Under the pieces are notes generated by a model. That model saw only the letters and a program-made list of their open reading frames with translations. It ran no database searches and was not told the origin of the DNA. The position numbers and the translations under genes are program-made. A DNA stretch of 64,000 bases from an uncultured delta proteobacterium (GTDB lineage: Bacteria > Desulfobacterota > WTBG01 > CAIYCZ01 > CAIRTM01). Location: assembly GCA_963804955.1 (NCBI GenBank), contig CAWDSQ010000005.1:160001-224000 (forward strand). The letters are read 5' to 3'. This document shows positions 41,444 through 51,723 of this stretch, piece by piece (position 1 is the first letter of the stretch; every line of letters starts with the position of its first letter).

Positions 41444-41950
41444 TTACTCGTCCCGATCAACCAGAAACTCTCCGGCCCCTCCAAAATTGCCTATAAATGC
41501 AAAACCGATGGCAAAGCCCCATTTGCCCGAATACGAGACCATTACTTTATTTTCGCTCACACCCGGGCCGTCGAGAAGAAGAATAGCGCAGGTGCCCGGG
41601 CCGCAGCCGCCGGATGCAAGCGTCAGCTTGCCTTGAGCATCCATGAGCCCCGAGACAAGCACCTCCGAAGCCGCAGGAGCCGGAATTCCTGAAGGCCAGC
41701 CTGATGTTTCGGTCAGGCACTGGTAATCAACCTGCACGGTGCCCCTGACTGTCATGTTATCGGAAGGATACTGCGTAAGTGTCATGGTCAGCGGGCACTC
41801 GATAGTCTCTTTCGTCACATTGTCCAGAAATGACCATTGACCGGTGTAGGAGCCTGTGGCATCGTATGGAGCCGTGCATGAAGAACACAAGCCCGATGCA
41901 ATGAGTGCGAGCAGCGTGAGGCAGCATAGATAAGAAGATTTACTTTTCAT
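41444..41950 (-). CDS. Hypothetical lipoprotein
   Basis: Hydrophobic leader ending CSSC; paired Cys; RBS upstream. Confidence 0.65.
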   Translation of the reverse strand: MKSKSSYLCCLTLLALIASGLCSSCTAPYDATGSYTGQWSFLDNVTKETIECPLTMTLTQYPSDNMTVRGTVQVDYQCLTETSGWPSGIPAPAASEVLVSGLMDAQGKLTLASGGCGPGTCAILLLDGPGVSENKVMVSYSGKWGFAIGFAFIGNFGGAGEFLVDRDE

Positions 41951-42687
41951 ACATATCCCCTTTCCTGGTTGAAAATATTTAATCACTGCTGCTTAAAACA
42001 ATCTGAATGAAACTGTTTTAAACAGCCGGTTGCACTACGTTGTTGTGATGGATCTATATGCTAAAGAACATATAAAATCCGGAATCGTTTCTGTTTTTTG
42101 TGTGGCACGCACAACAGCCAGTAATTATTTTACAATTAAAACAGCCCGCATCCCTGCAAACCGTACCAGCTCTGCTAGCACTACGACTAGAGAACCCTTT
42201 TTGCCTCTCATGACTCCTTTTCGTGGTTCTTTTTATCGGTTTTTTAAAATAATGTACTGTTTCAAAAAAAGCGCATGCTCTGATGCAGAGCAGTCCGCGG
42301 CTCTCCGCATGCAGCCATACTCGCTTATACAATTACATTATTGAGCGAATTACTTTGATTGAAAGTACGCCCTGCCCGCCGGTATAGTCACCCCTGCCGG
42401 ACAGGCAAAACTGAGTTAATTAAAGATGCAATACATGTGCCTAAAAAAGGTGACCTGCGGTCGAAAAAAAATAGGGGCTTATAAAATAAAGATAATACAA
42501 ATGGTTGAAAAATAATAAAAACATATGCCGATGGTGAGGCCTCCCGGGCCAAAAAAACAATTGGCTGATTGCAGCCAAAGAATTGCAGTTTCACGCCTCA
42601 TATTGGCTGAAATCAGCCAATTGCGGACATGGTAAAATTAATCGGGGACACTAAGGGGCGTCCCATAAATAAATTAATAACTTATTA

Positions 42688-42913
42688 TGGTTATCTCCAA
42701 AGCTGAACCTGTGTATGGTCGTTAATTTCATCGCACAATTTTGTCATTTCGACCGCAGGGAGAAATCTTAGACTGAAGTGAAATTATGGCGTTAGGATTT
42801 CTCATCCCGCTTTCAGCGGGATTCGAAATGACAGCAAGAGCAATTACAACAAAACAAAGGGTACATAAGCTGGTGTCCAGAATAAGGGGTTAGTTCAGCT
42901 TCGGAGATAACCA
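42688..42913. mobile_element. 226-bp MITE-like element with 21-bp TIRs around a TGTCAT..ATGACA palindrome
   Basis: tggttatctccaaagctgaac / gttcagcttcggagataacca (20/21); core 42742-42833. Confidence 0.7.
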
Positions 42914-43109
42914 AAAACCATATAACAACAAAAAGCACTGAAAAAATCGGGGGCTTTTTTTTGATGTTTCCTGCTTGCACCCTTTTTTGAGACAGCTAAA
43001 TCATTATTCCCGTCATTGCAGATTGAAATGTAAAACGCCTTTTGCTAAGCTCCGAAAAAGTATTGAAGTACTGAGCGTGTACCCTTTTCCCTAATCAATC
43101 AGAGGGTCT

Positions 43110-43631
43110 ATGAATAAAACCCGTTTTGTCATTTTCCTGATATTCTTCTTTTTTTTCTCCACCGCACTATCCTCTGCAGAACTGCGCCAAGCCGCGGGTA
43201 ATTCTGGTGGTATTACCGGTATGGTCATGCATACTGACATATCAGCGGGGAAAGTGGATACAGCCGCACTGCAGGTTCCCGGAAAAAGCACAGCACGGGC
43301 AGGCGGCCTTTCGCAGATTGTATATGAGGGGAATACATATACCGTGCTTACGTGCCGTGATCTCACACAGAGTGCAAAAAATTTTGACAATGAATCTATC
43401 GCGATACAGGCCGCGCATATCCGGAAAACAGATTTCTATGATGCCTATCGCAGACAAATTTTTGTCAGCGACCGCACCGGCAGGTATGAGCGCATATTTG
43501 TTGAACTGTATTCGCCCTTGTCTGCAGTGTTGGAGAACATGGAAGGCAAGACCGGTACCTTGTATGGCTCTCTTCAGTGCAAGCCGTCATGTGGTTCCTT
43601 TATTGTTACCCGATGGGAGATCAAGGAGTAA
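43110..43631 (+). CDS. Hypothetical exported protein
   Basis: Signal peptide; 173 aa. Confidence 0.6.
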   Translation: MNKTRFVIFLIFFFFFSTALSSAELRQAAGNSGGITGMVMHTDISAGKVDTAALQVPGKSTARAGGLSQIVYEGNTYTVLTCRDLTQSAKNFDNESIAIQAAHIRKTDFYDAYRRQIFVSDRTGRYERIFVELYSPLSAVLENMEGKTGTLYGSLQCKPSCGSFIVTRWEIKE

Positions 43632-43766
43632 AAAAACAGGCATTGGGAACCCACAACGCGTCACATCTTAGATTAATCAGGGACTAAAAAGTTTGGCATA
43701 AACATAAGGCACATATACTGGCGAATAATTAATATTTAAGACCCTGAATTTTCCTGAATTGATAAC

Positions 43767-44450
43767 GTGATATTCGAGAATTTGATAAAATCGTGCAGAA
43801 CCAGCGTGCCGGGATTTGTCATCAGCGCGGCCCTTGCCGTCTATGAGCAGTGGAACCTGCAGGAGTTCTGCTGGAGCTTCTGGATTTGCGGGCTGCTGTA
43901 CTGCTGGTGTTGCGTGGCCGCCGGCTGTATCCGCATTATGCTTCCGTCGGGCCGCGAGATCCTTGTTCGCATGATAGCGGAAAAAGAGCCTCTGCGCTTT
44001 ATGCAGTCAATGCCGCAATCGGCCGTTTTGCCTGCCATGGCCTGCCTGTCATGCATCATCGGCTGGCTGGCCTTCTATGCCTATTCTTACCTATTTTCTT
44101 TTTACGGCCTTTTCCTGTCCGTATTTGCGGAGATGGAACCATCCAGTCTGTTCGGCAGAAACGGGTTTATCAATTCCGATTTTTTCACGCCGGTAACCTA
44201 TCTTGTGGAGCGGTGCTGGCCCATGGCGCTGGGGTCGGTTATCGCCGACCGCGCATACCTCTTTCGCAGCAGCCCCTGGAAGCTGCTGCTGAAGCCCTTT
44301 TCACGGCAGATCGTTGTCATTCATATCGCGGTCCTTATGATGCCCTTTGTCACCCTGCTGAGCTGGATGCTGTTCAAAGAGGCCTATCAACCCCTCACCA
44401 TGATATTTCTGCTTGCAGTATTTTATTTTTTTCCCCGGAAGGAGAACTGA
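43767..44450 (+). CDS. Hypothetical multi-pass membrane protein
   Basis: Several hydrophobic segments. Confidence 0.7.
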   Translation: MIFENLIKSCRTSVPGFVISAALAVYEQWNLQEFCWSFWICGLLYCWCCVAAGCIRIMLPSGREILVRMIAEKEPLRFMQSMPQSAVLPAMACLSCIIGWLAFYAYSYLFSFYGLFLSVFAEMEPSSLFGRNGFINSDFFTPVTYLVERCWPMALGSVIADRAYLFRSSPWKLLLKPFSRQIVVIHIAVLMMPFVTLLSWMLFKEAYQPLTMIFLLAVFYFFPRKEN

Positions 44451-44490
44451 ATAACGATATCTTTGCAGGGACACGAGGAAAGGGAAAAGG

Positions 44491-44730
44491 GGACAACAAC
44501 GCCCTTTAAGGGAAAGCCAATAATCGGCGAGCAGGCAGTAATGTGGCTTTGTTGAATTGGTTATGTCATTATCATTCCGAGGGACAAGAGGGGGAGGAAA
44601 TTAAGGACACTTTCCTGTTTAGCCCGGCCATAAAATGAAGCGGGAGCAGAATTGAAACTGCCCCCGCTTTTTATTCGGTGGGCATAGCCCACCCTGCATC
44701 TATATCTTACCGCACCATGTGAACGGTGCC
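44491..44730 (+). repeat. ~240-bp non-coding direct repeat, copy 1
   Basis: Colinear with 47828-48065; partial copies at about 40991-41034 and 37326-37350. Confidence 0.92.
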
Positions 44731-44855
44731 TGGGACCTTCAAACTAGGGGCCGTTGTTGAATTGGTTAAATTGCTTACGTTACAGTCAACTCTTTACGGG
44801 AGCTGAAAACATCCCTTGTTTAGGGTCTGCACATTCACATGTGAAGCCAATACTT

Positions 44856-45413
44856 CTACGGCTGCGGGGTTAATTCAATCTTATCGGGATTAAACCCGCG
44901 ATCTGCCAGCTGTTGAACAAGTTCGGTATAAAACTGATCGTCCATGGCCGGTGTTCTGCTCAGGATGTACAAGACACTCTTCCCGGGATTTGAAACCACA
45001 GCATAATCATAGTTTTCCCCCAGATCAATAATCCAGTAGGGAAACTCAAATTTCTCAATGCTGGCTCGATCAAAGCGCACCGCAAGTTTGGCGTTGGTTC
45101 TTTGGTCTACTACGCGGGCAACGCCCTGGATGCTGGTAGGCGCCCCGTCAAGTGACCCCACCCGGCCCTGGTTAAGGACACTGACGGTTCCATTATCATT
45201 GAGCGTGTAGAGAGCGGTAACCGCCACGGCATTTTCATCAAACGATGTTGGATAGCGGGCTATTTCATACCAGAGCCCGGCATAGCGCTCAAGATCAACA
45301 TAATCTACTGTTTTCGGCGGCAGCAGCTTGCACCCTGCAACAAAAACAATACAAAACAGCATGCTGAGCATTACCTGAAAACTTTTTGATACATGCTTTT
45401 TGTGGCCCATCAT
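44856..45413 (-). CDS. blc: Lipocalin lipoprotein (Blc family)
   Basis: VAGC, VDLERYAGLWYEIAR, YWII, YILSRTP. Confidence 0.92.
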   Translation of the reverse strand: MMGHKKHVSKSFQVMLSMLFCIVFVAGCKLLPPKTVDYVDLERYAGLWYEIARYPTSFDENAVAVTALYTLNDNGTVSVLNQGRVGSLDGAPTSIQGVARVVDQRTNAKLAVRFDRASIEKFEFPYWIIDLGENYDYAVVSNPGKSVLYILSRTPAMDDQFYTELVQQLADRGFNPDKIELTPQP

Positions 45414-45441
45414 AAACCCTTCCTCTATTGTTTGTTGCCGG

Positions 45442-45732
45442 TTAATGTGATGCCGGTATGTCTTCCATGGGCATGGGATTACAGAGGCTGGCTCGGTTGT
45501 CGGCCATCCTGCCGCAGTTCATGCACATGCAGTCGGGCTTTTTAGCAAGCTCCTTGATGAGGTCGAACCGCTCATTGCCGGCGATTTCGCAAAGGTGCTG
45601 CGTATGGTCGCCGGAGCATTTTTCGCAGATGCAGGGGCAGTTCTCTATCAACACGAAAATAGACCGGAAATTTGACAAGCCTGCCCGCGTCCGGATGCAC
45701 GCATTGGTCGGTGATCTTGCGGATTTCTTCAA
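45442..45732 (-). CDS. Small Cys/His-rich putative metal-binding protein (start uncertain)
   Basis: CEKCSGDHTQHLC..CMNCGR..LCNP. Confidence 0.55.
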   Translation of the reverse strand: MKKSARSPTNACIRTRAGLSNFRSIFVLIENCPCICEKCSGDHTQHLCEIAGNERFDLIKELAKKPDCMCMNCGRMADNRASLCNPMPMEDIPASH

Positions 45733-45825
45733 GTAATGGCCCTGATGTCTCCTGCTTTGTTTTGTGGAGATAGAACCGCCTGCCGCCCGCGCTCTTCTGC
45801 AAAAGCATATACCTTCAAAGATGCA

Positions 45826-46323
45826 TTATTTAGGCAGCAGTACTGTATCAATAACATGAATCACTCCATTGCTGCACATAATATCTGTTTTCGTTACCTT
45901 GGCATTATCAACCATAACAGTTCCGTCCATAACGGTTATCTTCAGCTCCTGACCATTGACAGTTTTCGCGGTTTTCAGTTTGGTAACATCTGTAGCCGTC
46001 ACTTTACCCGAGACCACATGATACGTCAGGATGCCCTTCAGCTTTTCTTTGTTTTCCGGTTTAAGTAAATCATCAAGAGTTCCTGCCGGTAATTTAGCAA
46101 AAGCCTCATCAGTGGGGGCAAAAACTGTGAATGGTCCCTTACCCTTCAATGTCTCCACTAATCCAGCAGCTGTTAATGCTTTGGCCAGGGTATTAAATGA
46201 TCCTGCGGCAACAGCTGTATCAACTATATCTTTTTTATCATGGCTTTTTGCCCACCCATTTGTGGTAATTGTAAATATGAATAAAAATGCAACTAATGAA
46301 TAATTAAAAAATAATCTTTTCAT
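45826..46323 (-). CDS. Fasciclin (FAS1) domain protein
   Basis: [33 protein letters not shown]; visibly AT-richer than its neighbours. Confidence 0.95.
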   Translation of the reverse strand: MKRLFFNYSLVAFLFIFTITTNGWAKSHDKKDIVDTAVAAGSFNTLAKALTAAGLVETLKGKGPFTVFAPTDEAFAKLPAGTLDDLLKPENKEKLKGILTYHVVSGKVTATDVTKLKTAKTVNGQELKITVMDGTVMVDNAKVTKTDIMCSNGVIHVIDTVLLPK

Positions 46324-46746
46324 AAAATTGCTCCTTTTAAATAAAATAAATTAATTAATAAAGTTTAGTCTTAACTCTTTAATGCAACTTCCGTTAATAA
46401 TTTAAAACTATTGCGCAATAACCTCCTTCCCTTTGTCATATATTAGTATAAAAGAAAAACAGCACTCTGAATCATTATTGTTCAGTGTGCGTCTTTAAGG
46501 TTTTAGATACAGGGGGTATGACTGTGGTATATAGATTAATAAATTCGTATGCGCAAGTCGCAAAACGCAGAATATGTGGTAGCGGGAATAGGCTGGGGGA
46601 ACGTTGATGGCTTTGTTGAATTGCTCAGCAAGAAAAAAGCTGCACCGGCTTGGACCAACCAGGTGACGGTGTGGACACATTGTACAGGCTAAATCGGCCC
46701 CGTACCCTGCAGTCTACTACATGATTCCGGGCAAGCCGGAGTAGAA

Positions 46747-47673
46747 TCATAGAAGGTCTGGTCTGACGCTTTGCACAGGATCAGCATCCGCCGGCAGTGC
46801 TGCCGGGCTCAAAGCAGCCCTTCGGAATACCGGCTCGGCAGGAAAGAGATCGTCTCGATTGGCCATCAACTCCTCGCAGGTGTCAAGGTCGTCGGCAACG
46901 GGGACAAGTAGTATGGGGCTCAGGCCCGGGTCCTCATATTGCGGTGGGCTGCTTGGCATATTCAGGATGTTCAGGGTTGCGCCGATAACGAGTTGCTCTG
47001 ATGTGTCGACAACATGGCCGTAGAGACTGCCGTCAGAGTAAAGGGTGAGAAAGTTCTGAAAAATCTCGCGGCGCGCAATGTAGAGTTCGGCTTTGATGAG
47101 GCCGTAGAGCGTGAGGTGCACGGTGACGCCGGGCTTGCCGTCTCCGTCGTCATCGTTTATGTTCGGATCGTCGGGATTCAGGGAGAGTGGCTGCCAGGGA
47201 TCGCCGTCTATCCCGATGAGGGTTGGCGTGGCCGGGCGCACTATTTTCCAGGCCCCGCCGTCCTGAGACACCTCCACTGTTGCCGTGCGCGGCTTAATAG
47301 CCTGTGTGGCCGCATCGTTGAGGTTCGCGGTAAAGGGCTGATTGTTTTTGTTCACGGAAAAACAGAAACGGTCGGTTTCGACGAGATCATTTCCCTCCAC
47401 AGTAAAGTCGGTGAAGCCGTAAGAAATGATAAAGGTCCGCATCGGCCCGGCAGGCGTCTGGCCAATGTAGGCAACTATGTCGTAGTGGGCGTAATGGCCC
47501 TGAATGGCTGCCTCGGCCTCTGCAGCGGTGGCCGGAGGCACCCAGTCAGGGTCGTTATCCGGCGGCTCATAGAGGGGGCTGTCAGGCCACGGCTTTTGCG
47601 TGCACCCTGTTGTAAAAGACCAGCAGAAAATCAAACTGCTGAAAATCAGCATGCGCAGAAATGTTTTGTGCAT
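46747..47673 (-). CDS. Hypothetical lipoprotein with DxDGDG motif
   Basis: Leader ending TTGC; DDDGDGKPGVT. Confidence 0.7.
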   Translation of the reverse strand: MHKTFLRMLIFSSLIFCWSFTTGCTQKPWPDSPLYEPPDNDPDWVPPATAAEAEAAIQGHYAHYDIVAYIGQTPAGPMRTFIISYGFTDFTVEGNDLVETDRFCFSVNKNNQPFTANLNDAATQAIKPRTATVEVSQDGGAWKIVRPATPTLIGIDGDPWQPLSLNPDDPNINDDDGDGKPGVTVHLTLYGLIKAELYIARREIFQNFLTLYSDGSLYGHVVDTSEQLVIGATLNILNMPSSPPQYEDPGLSPILLVPVADDLDTCEELMANRDDLFPAEPVFRRAALSPAALPADADPVQSVRPDLL

Positions 47674-47827
47674 TGGAAAAACCCTTTTTTCCTGCTGATG
47701 CAGTGCGGCAGGCATTTGCTGTATCCGGCCGGCCCCAAAACCCCGCGTATATTCATTTAGTAGCAGGAAAATTGATATAAAGCAATCCACGGGAAACCGG
47801 AGCAGGGCCATTAGGGGGAATAATTAT

Positions 47828-48065
47828 GGACAACGCCCTTTAATGGAAAGCCAATAATCGGCGAGCAGGCAGTAATGGGGCTTTGTTGAATTGGTTATGT
47901 CATTATCGTTCCGAGGGACAAGAGGGGGAGGGAATTAAGGACACTTTCCCTATTTAGTCCGGCCATACAATGATGCGGGCGCAGCACTGAAACTGCTCCC
48001 GCTTTTTATTCAACGGGCATAGCCCACCCTGCATCTATATCTTACCGCACCATGTGCAGGGTGCC
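47828..48065 (+). repeat. ~240-bp non-coding direct repeat, copy 2
   Basis: Colinear with 44491-44730. Confidence 0.92.
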
Positions 48066-48126
48066 GGTGCAATTATCAACCGTTACCGTATAATCTCCCT
48101 TTTCAACCAGCGTGCCGCCGCCCGTT

Positions 48127-48185
48127 CAGGAGCAATTTCTTTGACACCGCAGCCCGGTATATCTTATACTGCAAAAAATTAACCG
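48127..48185 (+). promoter_or_regulatory. Sigma70 promoter, duplicated at 50977-51034
   Basis: TTGACA-N18-TATACT in both copies, with shared flanks. Confidence 0.75.
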
Positions 48186-48307
48186 CCAATCTGAAGGGTA
48201 GGCTGCGCCCGCCATTTTTATCTATTTCAAATGAACCGAAGACAATATAAATCTTGCAGGAACTGCGCGACAGCGCCAATATAAATCTACAAACCAGGGA
48301 GTGCCCG

Positions 48308-49972
48308 ATGCTATCAGGAGATTTTAGAAAAGCGGTTTTTTGTGTTTTTATTACTGTCTGGCCAGCGCTGCTCTTGCCGGCACTTCCCCTGCATGCCGCA
48401 GCTCCTCCGGGGACCAATACAAATCCGTTTACTGCCTTCAATCATGACTATGTGCTTATAGCTCTGGGCGACAGCCTGACCCAGGGCGCAATGGATGGCA
48501 TTATTAACTTCAAAACGATCCCCCACGCGTATCTGCAAAGAGTTCATGAATCGCTTGCGCAGGTGCAGGATATCGAACTTGTGCAGCCGCTGCTCGACAT
48601 GGCCGGAAAGCGTATGGCGCCCTTCGCCATCCCGACAAATCTTGCCGTCGGCGGCGCAGGCATCCTCAACATGGATGGTTTCAGCTACGGCAAGCGTGAG
48701 ACCACCGGGCACAAGATCCGCAGCAAAAGGTTTCTCTGCAACAGCCTGCTGCCCGCGAACTTTGAGGATCTCTATGATATAACGCTCTATCCCTACAATC
48801 TCCTGCAGGGCGGGCCAGCGTCACAGATCGACAGCGCTGTCTGGCTGCTCAATTACATACATCGCCACCAGACTGCCCGCGCCGTATGTATTTTGTGGAT
48901 CGGGGCTATTGACGTCGGCTATGCCGCTATGGGTTATGGCTATGGCCATCCTGTTTATGCATTGCTGCCGCTTACCTTCATAGAAAACGTATTGTCGCCC
49001 GGTGCGGCAACATTGCTGCGCCTGGGACAGGCCATCGGCGCGGTCTCCTTTGAGCCCTATACGATGGAGGCCATCGAGCACAACCTCACGGACCCGGCCG
49101 AATTTGCAGCGCAGTATGAGCAAACCCTTGCCAGGCTTGAACAGGGCGTACCCGGTTTTTATGAAACCACCGATCTGTTTGTCTGCACCCTGTATGACAT
49201 CTGGGCCTCGTATCTGTTTGATTCCAATGACCTTGAATTTTATCTGCGCAAGCTTGATAAGCAGTACACGGTGCCGGCAACCTTCGCCCGCGCTCCAGCC
49301 ACGGGGGCATGGGACACCGCTGCACCCCGCGGCGACCGCATAGGGCTCCTCACCTTTTTGTGCATGTACGCGCTGTTCAGCACGGGCGCTGATGCGCAAA
49401 CCGTGAACCAGATACTTGAGGTCGATGGCGTGCAGAATGACGGCCTGGTATTATCGGAAGACGAGCAGGCGCTTCTCCACGAACGCACTGCTGCGTATAA
49501 TGACGCCATCAGGAAGGCTGTGCAGAAACGGGCGGGCAAGGTCCATCTGATTGATATCGGACCCTGGCTTACTGATATATTAACCGACAACGAATCTTAT
49601 AAAGCAGGGGAAAAGAGCATCACCAGCAAATGGGGCCGCGGCGGCTGGTTTACCCTTGACGGCGTGCATCCCGGCCATACCGGTCAGGCGCTTATTGCCA
49701 ACAAAATTATTGAGAACATAAACGGGGCCCTGGGCTGGCATGCGCCCCCTGGCGATATGAGTGCCGTTGCTGCAGATGATCCCTATATTGATAATGACGG
49801 TGACGGCTGGCCAGCCGGTCCGGATTATGATTCTATCGGTCCCACCGGCATGTTTTTCCTCTTCAAAGATCCCGATGACACTGACCCTTTAGTGCTGCCC
49901 GAGCTTACCGCTGATTTCTGGAGCAGGCTTTCCGACGTCATCAAGCTGATCGCTTTTAAGCAATATCCGTAA
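48308..49972 (+). CDS. Secreted SGNH/GDSL hydrolase
   Basis: ALGDSLT, NLAVGGA, DGVHP. Confidence 0.85.
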   Translation: MLSGDFRKAVFCVFITVWPALLLPALPLHAAAPPGTNTNPFTAFNHDYVLIALGDSLTQGAMDGIINFKTIPHAYLQRVHESLAQVQDIELVQPLLDMAGKRMAPFAIPTNLAVGGAGILNMDGFSYGKRETTGHKIRSKRFLCNSLLPANFEDLYDITLYPYNLLQGGPASQIDSAVWLLNYIHRHQTARAVCILWIGAIDVGYAAMGYGYGHPVYALLPLTFIENVLSPGAATLLRLGQAIGAVSFEPYTMEAIEHNLTDPAEFAAQYEQTLARLEQGVPGFYETTDLFVCTLYDIWASYLFDSNDLEFYLRKLDKQYTVPATFARAPATGAWDTAAPRGDRIGLLTFLCMYALFSTGADAQTVNQILEVDGVQNDGLVLSEDEQALLHERTAAYNDAIRKAVQKRAGKVHLIDIGPWLTDILTDNESYKAGEKSITSKWGRGGWFTLDGVHPGHTGQALIANKIIENINGALGWHAPPGDMSAVAADDPYIDNDGDGWPAGPDYDSIGPTGMFFLFKDPDDTDPLVLPELTADFWSRLSDVIKLIAFKQYP

Positions 49973-50161
49973 GAGCTCCACAGAGGGCAACAATGGGTAT
50001 GCTGTTGCATTTGTTGAATTAAGCAACTGAATTAATCAGGGACAACAGCCACTGCTTAATTTGCAACAATAAAACGGTACCAATACTGTTGGAGAGGGAA
50101 GGGCGCTGCAGAGCAGGTCCTCAGAGCCTGACGTATCAAGGCCGGGCTGCGGCAGCGAGCT

Positions 50162-50761
50162 TTATTTATGCCGCCGGGATTGCTGTAATAAATAAAACAG
50201 GAGCATCTTGCGGTCTATAGCGTTTTGGTCGAGATTGCCATCGCTGTAATCAAGCAGGTGGTCATGCTTTGGTGTGTCAGCCCCCGGCGCCTGCGTGTCC
50301 GTGCAGGCAGGGTCAAAAATTTCAGAAGGGTAGCCCTGCCAGGCTGGGCTTGTGAACCCGCTGCTGCCGGCAGTGTAATAAACGGTAAAGTCCGCTGCGC
50401 AGTTGGTAAAAACATCAGCCCCCATCAGTGGCGCATTCCCGCTGAAAAATGCGCTTGTGAGGTTGGCGCAATCAGAAAATGCCGCATCCTCAATGCTGGT
50501 AACGCTGTTCAGGATAAGTATGCTCTCCAGGCTCAACTGCCCGGCAAAAGCACAATTCCCAATGGTGGCAACCGGCTTATTGTCAATGGTATCCGGGATT
50601 ACAACAGACCCGCCAGAACCGGTATAGCCGGTGATTATGATTGCGGCAGTGCCGCTCGATACCGTATATGTAAAATCAACCAGCTGCGCTGCAAAGGCCG
50701 ACGGCAACAGAAACACACAACCGGTTAAGGTTACAATGAATGCCGTTTTTCTGAAGTGCAT
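50162..50761 (-). CDS. BspA-like leucine-rich-repeat exported protein (short, possibly truncated)
   Basis: ITGYTGSGGSVVIPDTI, SVTSIEDAAFSDC, FSGNAP. Confidence 0.75.
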   Translation of the reverse strand: MHFRKTAFIVTLTGCVFLLPSAFAAQLVDFTYTVSSGTAAIIITGYTGSGGSVVIPDTIDNKPVATIGNCAFAGQLSLESILILNSVTSIEDAAFSDCANLTSAFFSGNAPLMGADVFTNCAADFTVYYTAGSSGFTSPAWQGYPSEIFDPACTDTQAPGADTPKHDHLLDYSDGNLDQNAIDRKMLLFYLLQQSRRHK

Positions 50762-51115
50762 AGGGCCCTCTTTGGAATCTGTTTATTCCCGTTCACTAAC
50801 AAGCCATAAACCAATGAGCTTGTCGGTCAACGCCACACTCTTTACTATCAGTATAGCATGGAATAAAGAAGGCGGAATTAACCGGGAGAAAGCATACTGA
50901 CTCTTCACCCTCATCCCCGTAAGTGGCGCAGAGGGAATGTCTCTGCAGAGCAGATCTTAAGAGCCTGCCGCCCGCACAGGAGCAATTTCTTTGACACAGC
51001 AGGCGGGCATAGCCTATACTGAATAAATTAACCGTTGATTTGCATGGCTGGCGCAGCCCACTCTACGGTCTTTGTTTCTTTGAATTATGTAACCCCACGT
51101 GTAAGGAGTAAGGTA

Positions 51116-51481
51116 ATGAAGGTGGTCCATAGTTTTATATTTATAAGTGCTGTACTGTTTGCCTGTACCGTCGCGCCTGTTCTGGCCCAGCAGGCAGAGA
51201 AGCCAACTACATCGGCTCTATTTGAGAAGGCTAAAAAACCTGCCAAGCCTCCAGTAACAGGCAAAATCAATATAAATACCGCAACGGCAGAGCAGCTTGC
51301 AATGCTGCCCGGCGTCAGCATGAGAAAGGCCCAGGGGCTTATTGACTACCGCACCAAAAACGGTACGTTCAAAGATATAGAAGACCTCCGAAAAATGCCG
51401 GGCATCAAGCAGAAAAGAATTGATAAGGTTAAAGAGTATTTAATATTTGACGGCGAGACAACACTGAAAGCCGTACAATAA
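51116..51481 (+). CDS. ComEA-family helix-hairpin-helix DNA-binding protein
   Basis: ININTATAEQLAMLPGV..F..IEDL..PGI. Confidence 0.9.
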   Translation: MKVVHSFIFISAVLFACTVAPVLAQQAEKPTTSALFEKAKKPAKPPVTGKININTATAEQLAMLPGVSMRKAQGLIDYRTKNGTFKDIEDLRKMPGIKQKRIDKVKEYLIFDGETTLKAVQ

Positions 51482-51723
51482 GAGCTGCTGTAAAAACAAA
51501 AAAGGCGGAGTCGTAGTCGGCTCCGCCTTTTTCCTGGCCCCCCTTTTTTTATCGCCGCCGGCCATAAGCACGGCAGCCTGCGAATGAACCTCGTTATGCG
51601 CATGTTTATATTTAACTTGACGCACAATCGCCCCCAATTTATAGTCTGTCCGTATCAATGAAAGTTCCCGGTAGCCATTCCTGGCAGTCTCCCGCACTTC
51701 ATAGCATAAGGAGGGACCCTTCC

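Noticed and set aside
34700..51000. Classical integron
   Set aside because: No integrase, no convincing RYYYAAC..GTTRRRY attC pairs, and genes lie in both orientations.
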